Assembly (NCBI GenBank): GCA_001800315.1
Contig: MGVE01000017.1
Span: 4,942-68,941 of the forward strand
Direction of reading: 5' to 3'
From: Elusimicrobia bacterium RIFOXYA2_FULL_47_53
GTDB taxonomy: Bacteria > Elusimicrobiota > Endomicrobiia > Endomicrobiales > XYA2-FULL-47-53
Length of the DNA stretch: 64,000 nucleotides
Shown here: piece after piece, positions 41,201-47,628 of the stretch
Layout: every line of letters begins with the position of its first letter
Position numbering within the stretch: the first letter of the stretch is position 1
Notes under the pieces: model-generated
What the model saw: the letters and a program-made list of their open reading frames with translations, nothing else
Database searches by the model: none
Told to the model about the DNA's origin: nothing
Translations under genes and position numbers: made by a program

Positions 41201-44200
41201 GTGAAGGGAATTATGCTCTTAAAGGTGAAATAGTAGCCAATCGCGGCGCTAATGTTAAAGTTGATATCAAGGATTATGGTTCGGTCACGCTTGAAACTGC
41301 GAGCGAACAGGCAAAGTTTGAAGTCACTTACGATGTTGGAACTAATATGTCCAGAGTAACCCTCAAAGAGGGCGGAAAATTAAGTATTAATGAGAATACG
41401 GGTTCAATGAAACTTCTGGTTAAAGAAAACGCAGGTTCAGCTGAGGGCACGAAAGTAATTGAGGTTGTTTCAGGGGAAGTTGAGGTTCGTGGCGGGAAGC
41501 TTATTCTTGACCTTGCAAATGTTAAATATGAGGTTACTGACAAAAATGGAGATGTTAAAGAAGAGAGCGGCATGATTCTTAATCTGGAGCTGGCAAGCCG
41601 TGGTGAAAGCGGTGATTTCAAATTCAATTCTGATATTTCCTTTGATATTGTCCGTGCTGGTAATGATGCCGGTAAGTTTATCGGAGATGCTAAGGAAAAG
41701 ATTGGCTCGGTTATATCTAAAATGAGTGAGGGGGACACAGCATTTTCTTACAAAGAATTGCTTAGTAGTGCTTTTAATCTTTCTGCCGGCAACAAAAAAA
41801 TAGTTATTGATTTTATTAAAGAAAACTTTAAGGCGAAAACAAAAGATGGTCAGAAAGAAGGGCAAGAGATGGGAACGGAACAAGCCGAACATTATTATAA
41901 TCGGGCTATGGATGCGTATAAGAAGGATGTTTTAAAAGCAAATCGTTTCGTTGATGAAGCGATTGGTAAAAATGAAGTCTCAGGTGAAAGTAAAGTCGTT
42001 TTGGAGAAGAACTCAAAAGCAGATAAGGATGGTTTTAAAGGGGCAGTTAACAGATATACAGGCCAAGTTATTGAAACCCTTAGAAAAAATGGTGTTGATT
42101 TGGATAAGACAACAAAAGATCTCGTGCGCGAGTATGTGTCTGGTAGGCTGTCTGAATTAATTAATGAACGCATTAAGAACCTTTCTGGTAAACACGGAGA
42201 CAATATCTTGGCTGCCGCCAAAGAGTTGGGAGATTTGATGGGTGTTGATACAAATCACATGCAAGGGATTATTAATGGTAAAATGGTTGGCGATGCTGTT
42301 ATAAAGGTGCTTAATGCGTTGTCTCGTGATGGTATTGATCTTCGTCCCGGCCAGTGGGACACATTGCGCTGGGCTATCGAGCTGACCGTAGGGAAAACTG
42401 ACAGGGTGCTTCTAAATAACCCTACTGCGGCCGGAAAAACTCTGAGCGGACATATCATTGCGCTATTCAGGGGCTCTTTAGGTTTGAAAACAGATATTTT
42501 CGCGCCCAATACTGCCCTTGCCAAGCAGGCTATGGAAGGCAAGGTGAATGGAAAAGCTTATGAAACTTTACACGGATTTAAAAAACCGGTAATGTTTGAC
42601 GATATTGTGCGGCAATATACTGATCCTAACAACAAACTTTCAGCGGCAGAAGTTATTAAAATTCTTGAAACAGCTGATACTTTGATATACACTCAGAATT
42701 CATTTTTCCTTATGCAGAATGCAAGAACCAATGGGGACAAGGCTTTAATGAAGGCGCTTGAGACAAGAATGCGCGACACTATGCTTGTGCTTGATGAAGC
42801 CCATCTCTATATGAAAAATGTTATGGACCTCATAATAGCGGGTGATCCTATCCCGCTTGACGCGTTGGAAAGACAGCACTTTGAAATGGTGTTTGACAAA
42901 TTGCAGCAAGCCGGGCTTGTTGATAAGGACGGGCATGTTGAACAAAAAGTTGTTAGGGATATGGTTGAGGACGGCGGGGCTCATGTTGCTTTTAAAAAGA
43001 CGGCTGAGGAAAAGCTTCTGAAAACTTTCAGTAAAAATGAGCTTGGTACTGCGGAAAGTATTCTTTCCGGTATGCTTGGGGTTGTTAAAGGGCAGATACA
43101 TGTTGACATAAATGGAGTCAAGCCTATAAGCGGTTCTACCGGACAGATAGAATATTCAAGGCAGTTCCAGGATATGAGTTTTATTCTTGGAGCGGGCAAA
43201 CAGGGTAATCTTGGAAAGCATAATAAAGAAGCCTTGTATGCTGCCGCAACCAGGTCGCGCACTGTTTCAAGTGAGGGGCTTGTTACAATATTCGGCCGTT
43301 TTGGCAAGGTCCTCGCGATGACAGGCACGCCGCCCGATCGCGCGGTTGCTAAACTTTGGGGCTTTGGAGAAGCGAAATCTATTGGTTTTGCCGGTGGTGT
43401 TGACATTAACTATGTGAATGTCAGCGGAGAGAGCATCCCTGCTATGGTGAAATTTATTGTAGACAGATATATAGCAAATGATAAAATTCAATACATTATA
43501 CAGCATGAGCAGGTTGATAAGGTTATGGATGCTCTAAAGAATTATATCGGTGAAATAAAAGACCCTGCCATGCGGCAAAAACTTTTAGATAATCTTGTAA
43601 GAGTTGGGGAAGACAGGATAAGCCCTCTTGCATCCGGCGGGTATATTGGGAAAATAGTTGCCGCCAACAAAATCGCCGGACTCGGCGTTGACTATAAAAT
43701 TGATCTTGTTTTTGCCACCGACGCGAGATATTCGGAAGCCATTGTAAGGCAAGCCAAGGGAAGGCCGAGCAGGAGCGGTGAATATGGCGAATTTCATGTT
43801 TTCGGTGAAAGAGAATGGATTGACAAGAGATATAGTGAACTTTATGAACTTAAGTGGCGGAGCACTACAAATGAAATCCTGGAAGGACTTGGTGAAGTGG
43901 AAAGATTTGAAAAACAAAAAGCAGAGCTTTCAGGCAAAAAGGATTCTGCCGATAGAACAGCCGCCGAAGCCGAAATTAATGAAAAGCTTTATATTGAGAA
44001 GCTTCAGTTTATTCAGAAATATATGGATGCAAAAGACGAGGCTGATGTGTGTGTGCAGACCGTTTCTCAGGCACTAAGGGATTATGTTATTGAAAGAATC
44101 AGCGTGTCAGAGGCTGATAGAGCCCTGTTTATGAAGGAATTTCATAAGAATGAGGGCATTGAAAAAGGCAAAGCCTCAAAACAATTTAATAAAGGCAGCT

Positions 44201-46872
44201 TTGACGGCGAAATGCAGTTGAGAAACACCTTAGAGGTTACGGTGGCTTCGCTTAAGGCGGTCGTTAAAGACAAGGCGATCCTTGCAGAGCTTAATTCACT
44301 TAAGCTTAAACCCGGCGAAGGCAAAACCGGTGTTGAGTCTTTGACGGAGGCATTGAAGGGAACTGAAAATGTAATGCAGAGGATAGTTGACGCCGGCTAT
44401 TCCAACGCAAAAGACCTGGTTCCTGTTGAGATACTTTTTGGCGCTCCTGTTGTATCCCAGCAGTTTGTTGATTCTCGCGCGGCTAAATCGCAGAAAATCA
44501 ACGAAGTCACAGGTCCGGCGGAAAGGTACCTGTCGGACATTAAGGAAAACAATGATAAATATACCTATTCGCGGTATGTTGAGGAGAACGGCAATCTTAC
44601 CGTTGCCGGACAGATGTTGGTTTACCTTGTAAATTCTGCCGGCAGTTTATACAGCGCCATGGTGAGCGATGATGTTTCTGCCGCCAGACCGATTGATTTA
44701 ATCCTCAAAACAATGGAAGGTATAATGAATTCCAACGACTGGGAGCAGGAGTTGCTCTCAACGGTCATGGATGAGGCAAAGAAGAATTCCCAGAGTTTCG
44801 CGCAGGCCAACTCCGGAACAGCGGCAGATGTCAAGCTCACTCCGTTATATGACGACTTTAGACAGCTTAAGGAGGGCGGAGACAATATTCGCAATCTTTC
44901 TAAGCCTGGGGTTTCCGGTCTGAAATCTTTGGCATTAAATTATTACGCAAGATTAATGCCAATGCGTCAATCTAAAAACGCCATAAACTCAATCTATCGG
45001 CGTGTTGTGGGCGATCCGACTATAGCTCCTGAGGAGAAAGCCGCGCTTATAGACGCTTTATGGACAGTTGCTTCTTCAAATCCAGCGATGGCGGGAAAAG
45101 TTAAAGGCACAGGTGCTTATAGGGCTTCTATAATGACTGCCGATCAAGCCAATGCTCTGAAGAATTTGATCGCATTCCCTAACTCAGGATTTATTTGGAA
45201 AAATGTCATTATAAATGATGTAGTAAAATCAATACAAAGTGGAAATATTGCCAATCTAATACTCAGCCTGAGTCCAGGCGATAGTGTTCTTCCGCTTGTC
45301 GCTAAGGCTATTCAGGAAATCCCGGGGAACAGGGTGCTTACTATGGCTCAGGCAAATGCGCTTGCGACTGATATTGCCGGCAAGGCGAACATGCAGGGTA
45401 ATGTGCAAGATATTCTTGAAAAGGTACTGTTTGCTGGCGGGTTGGCCTATTCTGAAAACTTCAAGATTGATATTGAAAATGTTATTAATAGATTTGCCGA
45501 GGTTAAAAATTTAATTCAGGACACGGACTTTACCGACCGCATTACTATTGATCAGCTTGTTGCCAAAGATTTCGATGCCAAGAACTCATATAAGCAATAT
45601 CTTGCATCGGTTAGATCGAGCGCATTGGCAAGATCGGTCTCTAGGGCTGATATATTCGAGGGAGTAGTAGATTCATATTTGAGCAATTCTGCGGATAATC
45701 TGAAGGATTATTCAGCTGCGGATGACTATGTTATGTCTAAACGTGCGGCAAGCGGCCTGCAGACAGTCGATGGTATTGTCGCTTCGGTTTCCGATGAGGC
45801 AAGCGCAATAAAAGCTGCAGATATATTCCGTCGCAATATTGACTTCCTAGTTGATGACAGCCTTTTAAAAAGTATACATATGGCCGGTATGTTTATTAAG
45901 ATAGAAAAATCCATGGCAGACGCAGTAAAAGTTAATAATAGTGCACGTGTTCAGGCACTGGATGTTTTAAAGGGTGAGGTGTTAAAGTTTGTAACGGACA
46001 TGGAAGTTACAAAAATGGCTGAGCTTGAAGCAATAGGTTTTGAGTCTATAGTCTCGCTCGGGGCCGGTAAAGCTATAGAAGGCGCTGCGAATGCAATGGG
46101 TGTAAACACAAGGGGTTATATTGCTCCAGATATAATTGAGACGCTTTTGCCGAGCGTATATTCAATAACCGTTTACAATGCAAATACTGAAGACGCTATG
46201 TTCGCTTCTATTTTGCGCAATTATAGAAGCGGCCAAGAGCTTATTGTTAACGGTCTTGGTATGAAAGCTGATGAGGCTCTTACGGTCGCAGCGATTGAGG
46301 GTGCTTTCCTCGATAAATGTACAAAAATAATGGCCAGATTCAATAATGCTGATATCACTCTTGAAGAGGCGCTTCTTGAGATAGAAACTGTAAAGAAGAT
46401 CAAGTTTATTCTCTCGGTTGAGAACGGTGTTTCGAAATACAACGAGGTTAGAAGTGAATTGGTGGGCAAATTTGGGGACGAGCTGTCTGATATCGATCTC
46501 AAGAGTCTGCGGAAAATTGAAGCATATGCCAGCTTGACCAAGGAAGTAAGGGGGATCGAAGCTGTCCAGAAAGACATCGCAACACTGGAGTTTGTCGGCA
46601 GGCTAAGGGCTGAATCGCAGAAGAAGATGGTGTCCGATATTAAGGCCGGGACAGTCAATCCTTGGATGGTTTCAATCAGGACGATTAAGGGACTTGGCGA
46701 AACAATATCGGGATTTGTAGAGGGAGTCACGGGTTTTGCTCAGGGAAATAAGAAAGGTCCAGATGAACTGCTAAAAGATGCTTTGAGGAAATATGAGGGA
46801 TTTGACGAGGAAAATCTCAAAGTCAAGAGGATTGATGTGCAAAAATCTATGAAGATTAAATTAGCGGCGTAA
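29224..46872 (+). CDS. Giant mosaic membrane protein 1 (5,882 aa)
   Basis: Single uninterrupted frame in the ORF track. GGGGAG RBS 5 nt before the ATG. All other-frame ORFs across these 17.6 kb are short. Sub-domains are listed separately. Confidence 0.9.
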   Translation: MKTTNFSSESLLRMPLGILWKMLFSWIRKNAKKITAVNVIMVFLSFEMMWVSGYASTIKEIQDKKVSEQALGRWDKKVEFNGKSITYAPNGAAKSVKDNKTGMTEDFMETDGKVSVIISDAQGNVLSQKEMSKQDFVNYFKALTSGDSSKPDKDASNVQYGKVKVEDKSAKKSDGQYNLDSGVKQAGTAKSNVGGQVDLAALAAQSWQKEYSAASLSGKKQMVEQVGITEAEAQNFSRETAKKVQAHLGFTDKKQDESGITIKGLADVPEQIGRYVNKALAGMVNVVKSLVKGKEGKEVEVSIADIQGAAEKYGIRLKSSRGTVTDLKGVVADGPAIAHLNTGGKTGTFVVVKSIDDDNAAIINSDGSESTISVQDFEASWSGKMMSQKSDGPELVISEKKETKGRFYSEFFSSIGKVFGGRSGDLKNAVRGSPSDTEPVVAGAVGGQISEGTKTGQVSDLKGKPGQVQSSANDQSVVGQTISQIEKFLNDFVNASPAEKAKMAASLGVPVSQLANITAETASKIIDYLKSQGEGILNCAVQSLFNLFDSSGKSYSKSDVAAKAILVDIITGNVTKQAEQGGPLRLSMNAIQKTAGAYGVDMTGYSTDMAGLKDAVANGRGAVAYINTPDGQGHFVVVTGAKDGMITYTDADGKSYTVSESDFQSKWSGQVLSQEKVKSPNAVELGFSALKQTMGASMPPSNTYPTGAGESTPDPDASASAPAPDEESGDSDRGDGRSGIYGFGGDDDSAARAAEEARKAAEDARKAAEEAQRKAEEARKKAEEARKAAVDREEQKALDKAADEAERAAKEAIRKADELAKIADKTKTSAERKSVESVANSQPSVGADSQDTADVSVTGKMVRSAENAAVAPQQARGTMSDIIKKSFGLSGTEDKGESNARSNITGETADTASGLQDIANLRTSVGAVPSDEVPSAASRVVGPRSIGTESSDQEETVDSGRSAIQEGLRNVFGDIPAPVESAVSALEGTFNVRSILGSYRKDVSGDESDSSGSSSQYDSVSGKTAIQTAGLGNSGSSPVGRQVRSEASAGLSESEYDSGYSGRRVLSRTDESDMSYGRRIVDSSSGDESFTMAMAGFGAKRFGAQDELSEEDQALAEESEKMVDDIETKLKNYQKASAKEKAKIAEELGVKPEDLMNLTDLEIKRIVHNLRSMGGDLARNYQKAKDENTSGSFSLDALQNRGFDTSRTTAEKTNDLFKDIITGKGVRNSSENKDGQNEPQFDEFGGASYQSAGMRGQSDGYNKSVYGSGTTLQELGARGASALNDLFHQGYSLFEAAGMLAQAKEFSKLPQEVQDQYNQAADKMTDEIEEWLYDFESADAAGKEKMAKKFGLTVDEVKNLTADGIDQFVGMLRMQRGMALAFSPGLNKLFSALQGNGKKFDMAKVAGEAFLTNFLVGGSRASIKNESNDVTGENYSTRIPPSLTLDLYSVRKVAAKYGVEMGMAYRTDLQGLKDALANGTEVEVYWSQYGNNNLVKLIAIDGGQVAFMTESGQVMNIPEKDFIYNWKDGLVFTNEEITRGVAVSETELKGLGINNFSGIKKEKSKKGFLGAIIGVVAIVAMVVISIYCPPAGAAIGTAAAGAGTGTAAAVGTTAAIGTSLTATGVGMMSAGAAMIGTGIGATIAGVGMVAAGAVVAAAGAIATAAAAIGAAFSAAGAAVSSAMGLTGVAGSFVSGFVSGALSSMAMSMGTQLIMTGSIDFGQVLKSGLTGGLTAGIMQGINAGFDVAMGNPIGSAGGGLSGFVENSLGFGSSAGGFASNLMQGAISATVDYGINGGNFVDKLSNLGMSIGSGLLGFASETLGLGKVFNNIGALAGEIVSNAVKGAVGALVDYAINGGNLAESLTRSIVGSAMNGLVGVNGLGLTGQPASSFMGDFFGTAIVNFVTDTVTALVSGNEYDFMDTLTNSLLSGFTTATTNYVLEKLFTENEIKFADKYGFINDPTRTADYASVSFVMSALSSLTGIAVKSALGIKIQDGAINSAIAAAFESAFKPYLIGMYNRGEAAVLSAQARANGWGDKDSGFYMAPQDDIELLRDIDGNINIINGTARYGYEDGVHYNVSYKEGNYSEIRVNDKEKGIVNELAVTGPQNGLAQGILGIDPQGIIKGKMVFGQIYYWNGGTGVGRLSDSSLFKDGKYSYTLGDGRLGVDITQEQGKYVLNFSVDNAAVDMYGSSIAGTVFTSDNKKEVYVLDKNGELVDVKAGGVTKMSVGDVTVEFGFDDRGYFKGDIVSKTTFTNIDGVTNTYTLDRALMQKGKTTIYSAKGEDGKSYLLEFNADFELVIKDVLKVNQSSAKNGVKDVIEVDKNTGEITDSYQMLLKQQDMSEATKAMFGNKSELRITSSLMKNFDETAESSKFAFVKGADGKEYVVGLDDENNIKDILTGEVANKNGDCLITYSSDENGVLESTKTRLMNSDTLNLEDNERDALFGDKDLIDVTTQKTGSGKDLKMYGEIKDKEGNVIYVLDFGSDYVVDGLLRNNTTLNNGIQKINYTFDSSGKVNKSETWTVAGSDYDADQLKFTENADGRSVVQARDKDGKIKAIDYVDYKDGEYLDGGAIDKDDEFVQYRGENGTALYASWDGKSELLSSFGDGRKTAELVIGGKTLKVEITKDGKGLRLTDGPAKIGLPGGKDLVIDEVIKLDTERGDLTCTGKLNVGAGESAEFDKEHVFAEKNSQGGDPGPDKSKTKANTEVGLQIDKDGKVTITGEKGESSLDVSFSFEAALGGTDSIERNMRLEGFAKGTQINFRSDYSASVSGTGYNSLLVTAGSSIVIQREGGIMQNLDGLAKGSYIVKGVNADGAKVTHEERAASSVGQIKSIDTIQKGSQTTTVETKIGSVENGKVTDYTYTYNGVASSEDAQLDGDRGTLIVFEDMGGVILGRDANGITTLSGIVMSGTLKSGVVDGRDYAYSFNISGHKGDYRLDTQLFVGGVPYNPVDLISRQGNVSRSLYFGGKEGKYSALAIDFKDGDIVGIHGVQLTGNNQEVELGNGKSAIFFRNADEVLTYQGSYDTGRISEKNGDIYVSDSILKSFGVNNSMNIKGDLIFRNNGTMSSEYKELYKGKELVGNLENKGNGLYAVIPPNGSDKIDPIAVKAKDGKGGWTDADFEISSLQFSNDGTTTAMGRLLLDSGESVGGAKLSETLGGEGGSAPENKLGKPDYFLTIDGDTITNTGANEVGFSVSVSMDQLANGQITEMTVTGFDTSTQVTVLKAQLNYSRPLGNGLTATGTVTIQNKIFSISRPGGLMANWDTMENVQGKNGAAFEAVSIIDSKGNIVKDEKGNLAQGVRVFGDKGKVEQSGIANIQLQGSWIDTSTAEFATRTVYQDFGAGVVDVLAGSVKVLFEDSTESGWNKIFSGVAQMYGGGLGVISDIYATASNLVKLIPASTRVEAEEYLMNNSILAQGAVSLYNASSELVQSVLGYVTDSGVDKNKAIDNIKNNPIIIGFENAMSGLASFANKTYDFLVAVGSVTTGLIIKAVTWIPNAIMGIKAGDYSDDFAIKNNSWTKFGDEMEAWGLSTLTGKQYASGKDLTYSDAFIVGAKIGATLAVGTKLLTAAKSIFGVSFKSIVTDAVNAGVITTAANMGTNVVLGKPITAENITSSFLSGVLMGGGLSLGLRGIGAALGTSSFIANRVAGGKLFGQIATFEKTYLAGMDWLGMSAINGTIRVVNAVDAWAATVAKGVMTAASSGTAMITYGGVWNFAKVAPIFGVVETVGGLTWDMVVKGKDVNESIESRGGIYAMATRIVTQPFEFAKMALWLQPMMGVAQATDKVVKALLGEGRFGQTMRVLSGEHSASNLIRSGKVLFDYSGKINVEALIARNLERQAAKHGLAAQFDSAIFISGTLSASASIGTLIGSTVFGKDNSAINPLTGMTEAQEWGQSFAFWSLLFLPRSTVTGVKLSKALGVENANKLLSGSAAGDVKIKDILTGDIPAFGEMPVAKAREYIANEFLGKRFEVGSIDFENSKIAIKEIGEGNYALKGEIVANRGANVKVDIKDYGSVTLETASEQAKFEVTYDVGTNMSRVTLKEGGKLSINENTGSMKLLVKENAGSAEGTKVIEVVSGEVEVRGGKLILDLANVKYEVTDKNGDVKEESGMILNLELASRGESGDFKFNSDISFDIVRAGNDAGKFIGDAKEKIGSVISKMSEGDTAFSYKELLSSAFNLSAGNKKIVIDFIKENFKAKTKDGQKEGQEMGTEQAEHYYNRAMDAYKKDVLKANRFVDEAIGKNEVSGESKVVLEKNSKADKDGFKGAVNRYTGQVIETLRKNGVDLDKTTKDLVREYVSGRLSELINERIKNLSGKHGDNILAAAKELGDLMGVDTNHMQGIINGKMVGDAVIKVLNALSRDGIDLRPGQWDTLRWAIELTVGKTDRVLLNNPTAAGKTLSGHIIALFRGSLGLKTDIFAPNTALAKQAMEGKVNGKAYETLHGFKKPVMFDDIVRQYTDPNNKLSAAEVIKILETADTLIYTQNSFFLMQNARTNGDKALMKALETRMRDTMLVLDEAHLYMKNVMDLIIAGDPIPLDALERQHFEMVFDKLQQAGLVDKDGHVEQKVVRDMVEDGGAHVAFKKTAEEKLLKTFSKNELGTAESILSGMLGVVKGQIHVDINGVKPISGSTGQIEYSRQFQDMSFILGAGKQGNLGKHNKEALYAAATRSRTVSSEGLVTIFGRFGKVLAMTGTPPDRAVAKLWGFGEAKSIGFAGGVDINYVNVSGESIPAMVKFIVDRYIANDKIQYIIQHEQVDKVMDALKNYIGEIKDPAMRQKLLDNLVRVGEDRISPLASGGYIGKIVAANKIAGLGVDYKIDLVFATDARYSEAIVRQAKGRPSRSGEYGEFHVFGEREWIDKRYSELYELKWRSTTNEILEGLGEVERFEKQKAELSGKKDSADRTAAEAEINEKLYIEKLQFIQKYMDAKDEADVCVQTVSQALRDYVIERISVSEADRALFMKEFHKNEGIEKGKASKQFNKGSFDGEMQLRNTLEVTVASLKAVVKDKAILAELNSLKLKPGEGKTGVESLTEALKGTENVMQRIVDAGYSNAKDLVPVEILFGAPVVSQQFVDSRAAKSQKINEVTGPAERYLSDIKENNDKYTYSRYVEENGNLTVAGQMLVYLVNSAGSLYSAMVSDDVSAARPIDLILKTMEGIMNSNDWEQELLSTVMDEAKKNSQSFAQANSGTAADVKLTPLYDDFRQLKEGGDNIRNLSKPGVSGLKSLALNYYARLMPMRQSKNAINSIYRRVVGDPTIAPEEKAALIDALWTVASSNPAMAGKVKGTGAYRASIMTADQANALKNLIAFPNSGFIWKNVIINDVVKSIQSGNIANLILSLSPGDSVLPLVAKAIQEIPGNRVLTMAQANALATDIAGKANMQGNVQDILEKVLFAGGLAYSENFKIDIENVINRFAEVKNLIQDTDFTDRITIDQLVAKDFDAKNSYKQYLASVRSSALARSVSRADIFEGVVDSYLSNSADNLKDYSAADDYVMSKRAASGLQTVDGIVASVSDEASAIKAADIFRRNIDFLVDDSLLKSIHMAGMFIKIEKSMADAVKVNNSARVQALDVLKGEVLKFVTDMEVTKMAELEAIGFESIVSLGAGKAIEGAANAMGVNTRGYIAPDIIETLLPSVYSITVYNANTEDAMFASILRNYRSGQELIVNGLGMKADEALTVAAIEGAFLDKCTKIMARFNNADITLEEALLEIETVKKIKFILSVENGVSKYNEVRSELVGKFGDELSDIDLKSLRKIEAYASLTKEVRGIEAVQKDIATLEFVGRLRAESQKKMVSDIKAGTVNPWMVSIRTIKGLGETISGFVEGVTGFAQGNKKGPDELLKDALRKYEGFDEENLKVKRIDVQKSMKIKLAA
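29323..29391 (+). other. N-terminal TM / signal-anchor of giant protein 1
   Basis: 'ITAVNVIMVFLSFEMMWVSGYAS' preceded by the basic 'RKNAKK'. Confidence 0.6.
29990..30387 (+). other. C39-like module A, degenerate (no Cys or His at the aligned positions)
   Basis: 'IAHLNTGGKTGTFVVVKSIDDDNAAIINSDGSESTISVQDFEASWSGKMM' aligns with the C-terminal half of module B. Confidence 0.45.
30820..31250 (+). other. C39-like papain-fold cysteine peptidase module B (Cys and His present)
   Basis: 'GILNCAVQSLFNL' (Cys codon 30838-30840) ... 'GQGHFVVVTGAKDGMITYTDADG...FQSKWSGQVL' (His codon 31123-31125). This pattern is typical of the peptidase C39 / C39-like families. Confidence 0.6.
31471..31698 (+). repeat. 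Charged Ala/Glu/Lys/Arg coiled-coil-like low-complexity repeat
   Basis: 'AARAAEEARKAAEDARKAAEEAQRKAEEARKKAEEARKAAVDREEQKALDKAADEAERAAKEAIRKADELAKIADK'. Confidence 0.8.
33355..33825 (+). other. C39-like module C, degenerate
   Basis: 'SPGLNKLFSAL' replaces 'NCAVQSLFNL', and 'NNNLVKLIAIDGGQVAFMTESGQVMNIPEKDFIYNWKDGLVF' replaces 'GHFVVV...WSGQVL'. Confidence 0.45.
33921..35060 (+). other. Gly/Ala/Ser/Thr-rich hydrophobic region (multi-helix membrane block 1 of giant protein 1)
   Basis: 'GAIIGVVAIVAMVVISIY...AAGAGTGTAAAVGTTAAIG...GMVAAGAVVAAAGAIATAAAAIGAAF...'. Small-xxx-small patterns run for about 380 aa. At DNA level, GCWG-rich low complexity gives spurious ORFs in several frames. Confidence 0.6.
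39240..40980 (+). other. Second hydrophobic region of giant protein 1
   Basis: Many 18-25 residue apolar segments, such as 'FLVAVGSVTTGLIIKAVTWIP', 'AFIVGAKIGATLAVGTKLLTA', 'FLSGVLMGGGLSLGLRGIGAAL' and 'AFWSLLFLPRS'. Confidence 0.5.
42343..43815 (+). other. SecA-like DEAD-motor ATPase domain inside giant protein 1
   Basis: Walker A 'NNPTAAGKTL' (42427-42441 = AAGKT). 'LVLDEAHLYMKNVMDLIIAG' (DEAH 42793-42804). About 176 aa to 'VLAMTGTPP' (43318-43329). Then 'AANKIAGLGVDYK' and 'QAKGRPSRSGEYGEFHVF' (43750-43773). Confidence 0.6.
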
Positions 46873-47022
46873 ACTATCGGCCTGTGGCTGAAAAGCTAAG
46901 AGCTGGCCGGTGTGGTGAATTGAGATGGGGGCTAAGTTTTACATCAAATTCACAAAAGTTTTTAATCTATTTTTCATCTAAAACGGAGTATTTGAACGAG
47001 GTGTATAGTATCAAAAAAAGCA

Positions 47023-47051
47023 TTGACAACAGCGGTAAACTCGCCTATAAT
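47023..47051 (+). promoter_or_regulatory. Perfect-consensus sigma70-type promoter of the small TM gene / giant ORF 2 unit
   Basis: TTGACA at 47023-47028, a 17-nt spacer, then TATAAT at 47046-47051. Confidence 0.7.
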
Positions 47052-47104
47052 TGTACCGGGTACGGATTTGAGAATTGTTTGAAACTCTTGTTCAATTTTA
47101 TTCT

Positions 47105-47614
47105 ATGAAAAAAGCGCTTGTGCTTATCATTTTAGCGGCGATGGTCGCCAACTTCCTGGTTCCGAGGTTTTCTCTGAGCCGGCAGGATAGCTTTACGCTC
47201 ACGCAGATAATTAAAACGCAGTCCACTCTGCTTTACTTCTTTTCTCTGACGACGCTCCCGATGAAAATGGTAAACGACCTGTTTCACCGCTCGCAGAGCG
47301 CCCCTCTTACTTCTCAGGATAAACAGGATGGCAAGCCGCATAATGCTTCGGATACTTCGGCGGATTTCACCATTCTCTCCGCGAATAAAACAGTGGCTTC
47401 CGAGAGAAATGATCTCGGGAGCGCCTGGGTTCCGTTTGCTCTTGCTGAGGGGATAGAGCTTGTCGCCGGCAGGTTGTATAAACTATTTGGTACGGCTCAG
47501 GGGTCCGGTGTCCCTCTGATATGCATGCTTATGTTTTTTTTCCTTCGTCCAAGAAGCGCGATTGACGACATAATTTTTTCCTATACAAATAATAAAACCC
47601 AGCTTATAAACTAA
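47105..47614 (+). CDS. Small membrane protein, paralog B (precedes giant ORF 2)
   Basis: ORF 47075..47614. ATG 47105 gives an N-terminus collinear with paralog A. Shared 'PMK.V..L' and 'LMFFFLRPRS' blocks. Confidence 0.6.
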   Translation: MKKALVLIILAAMVANFLVPRFSLSRQDSFTLTQIIKTQSTLLYFFSLTTLPMKMVNDLFHRSQSAPLTSQDKQDGKPHNASDTSADFTILSANKTVASERNDLGSAWVPFALAEGIELVAGRLYKLFGTAQGSGVPLICMLMFFFLRPRSAIDDIIFSYTNNKTQLIN

Positions 47615-47628
47615 GCTGGGTTTTTTCT
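47595..47628 (+). terminator. Rho-independent terminator / possible attenuator between small gene B and giant ORF 2
   Basis: 'AAACCCAGCTTataaactAAGCTGGGTTTtttc': 11-bp perfect stem plus a T run. The loop/stem contains the TAA stop of 47105..47614, and the hairpin ends 31 nt before ATG 47659. Confidence 0.75.

Noticed and set aside
46884-47108. 74-aa + strand ORF between giant ORF 1 and small gene B
   Set aside because: It spans the perfect-consensus promoter at 47023-47051, has no RBS, and has no counterpart upstream of paralog A.
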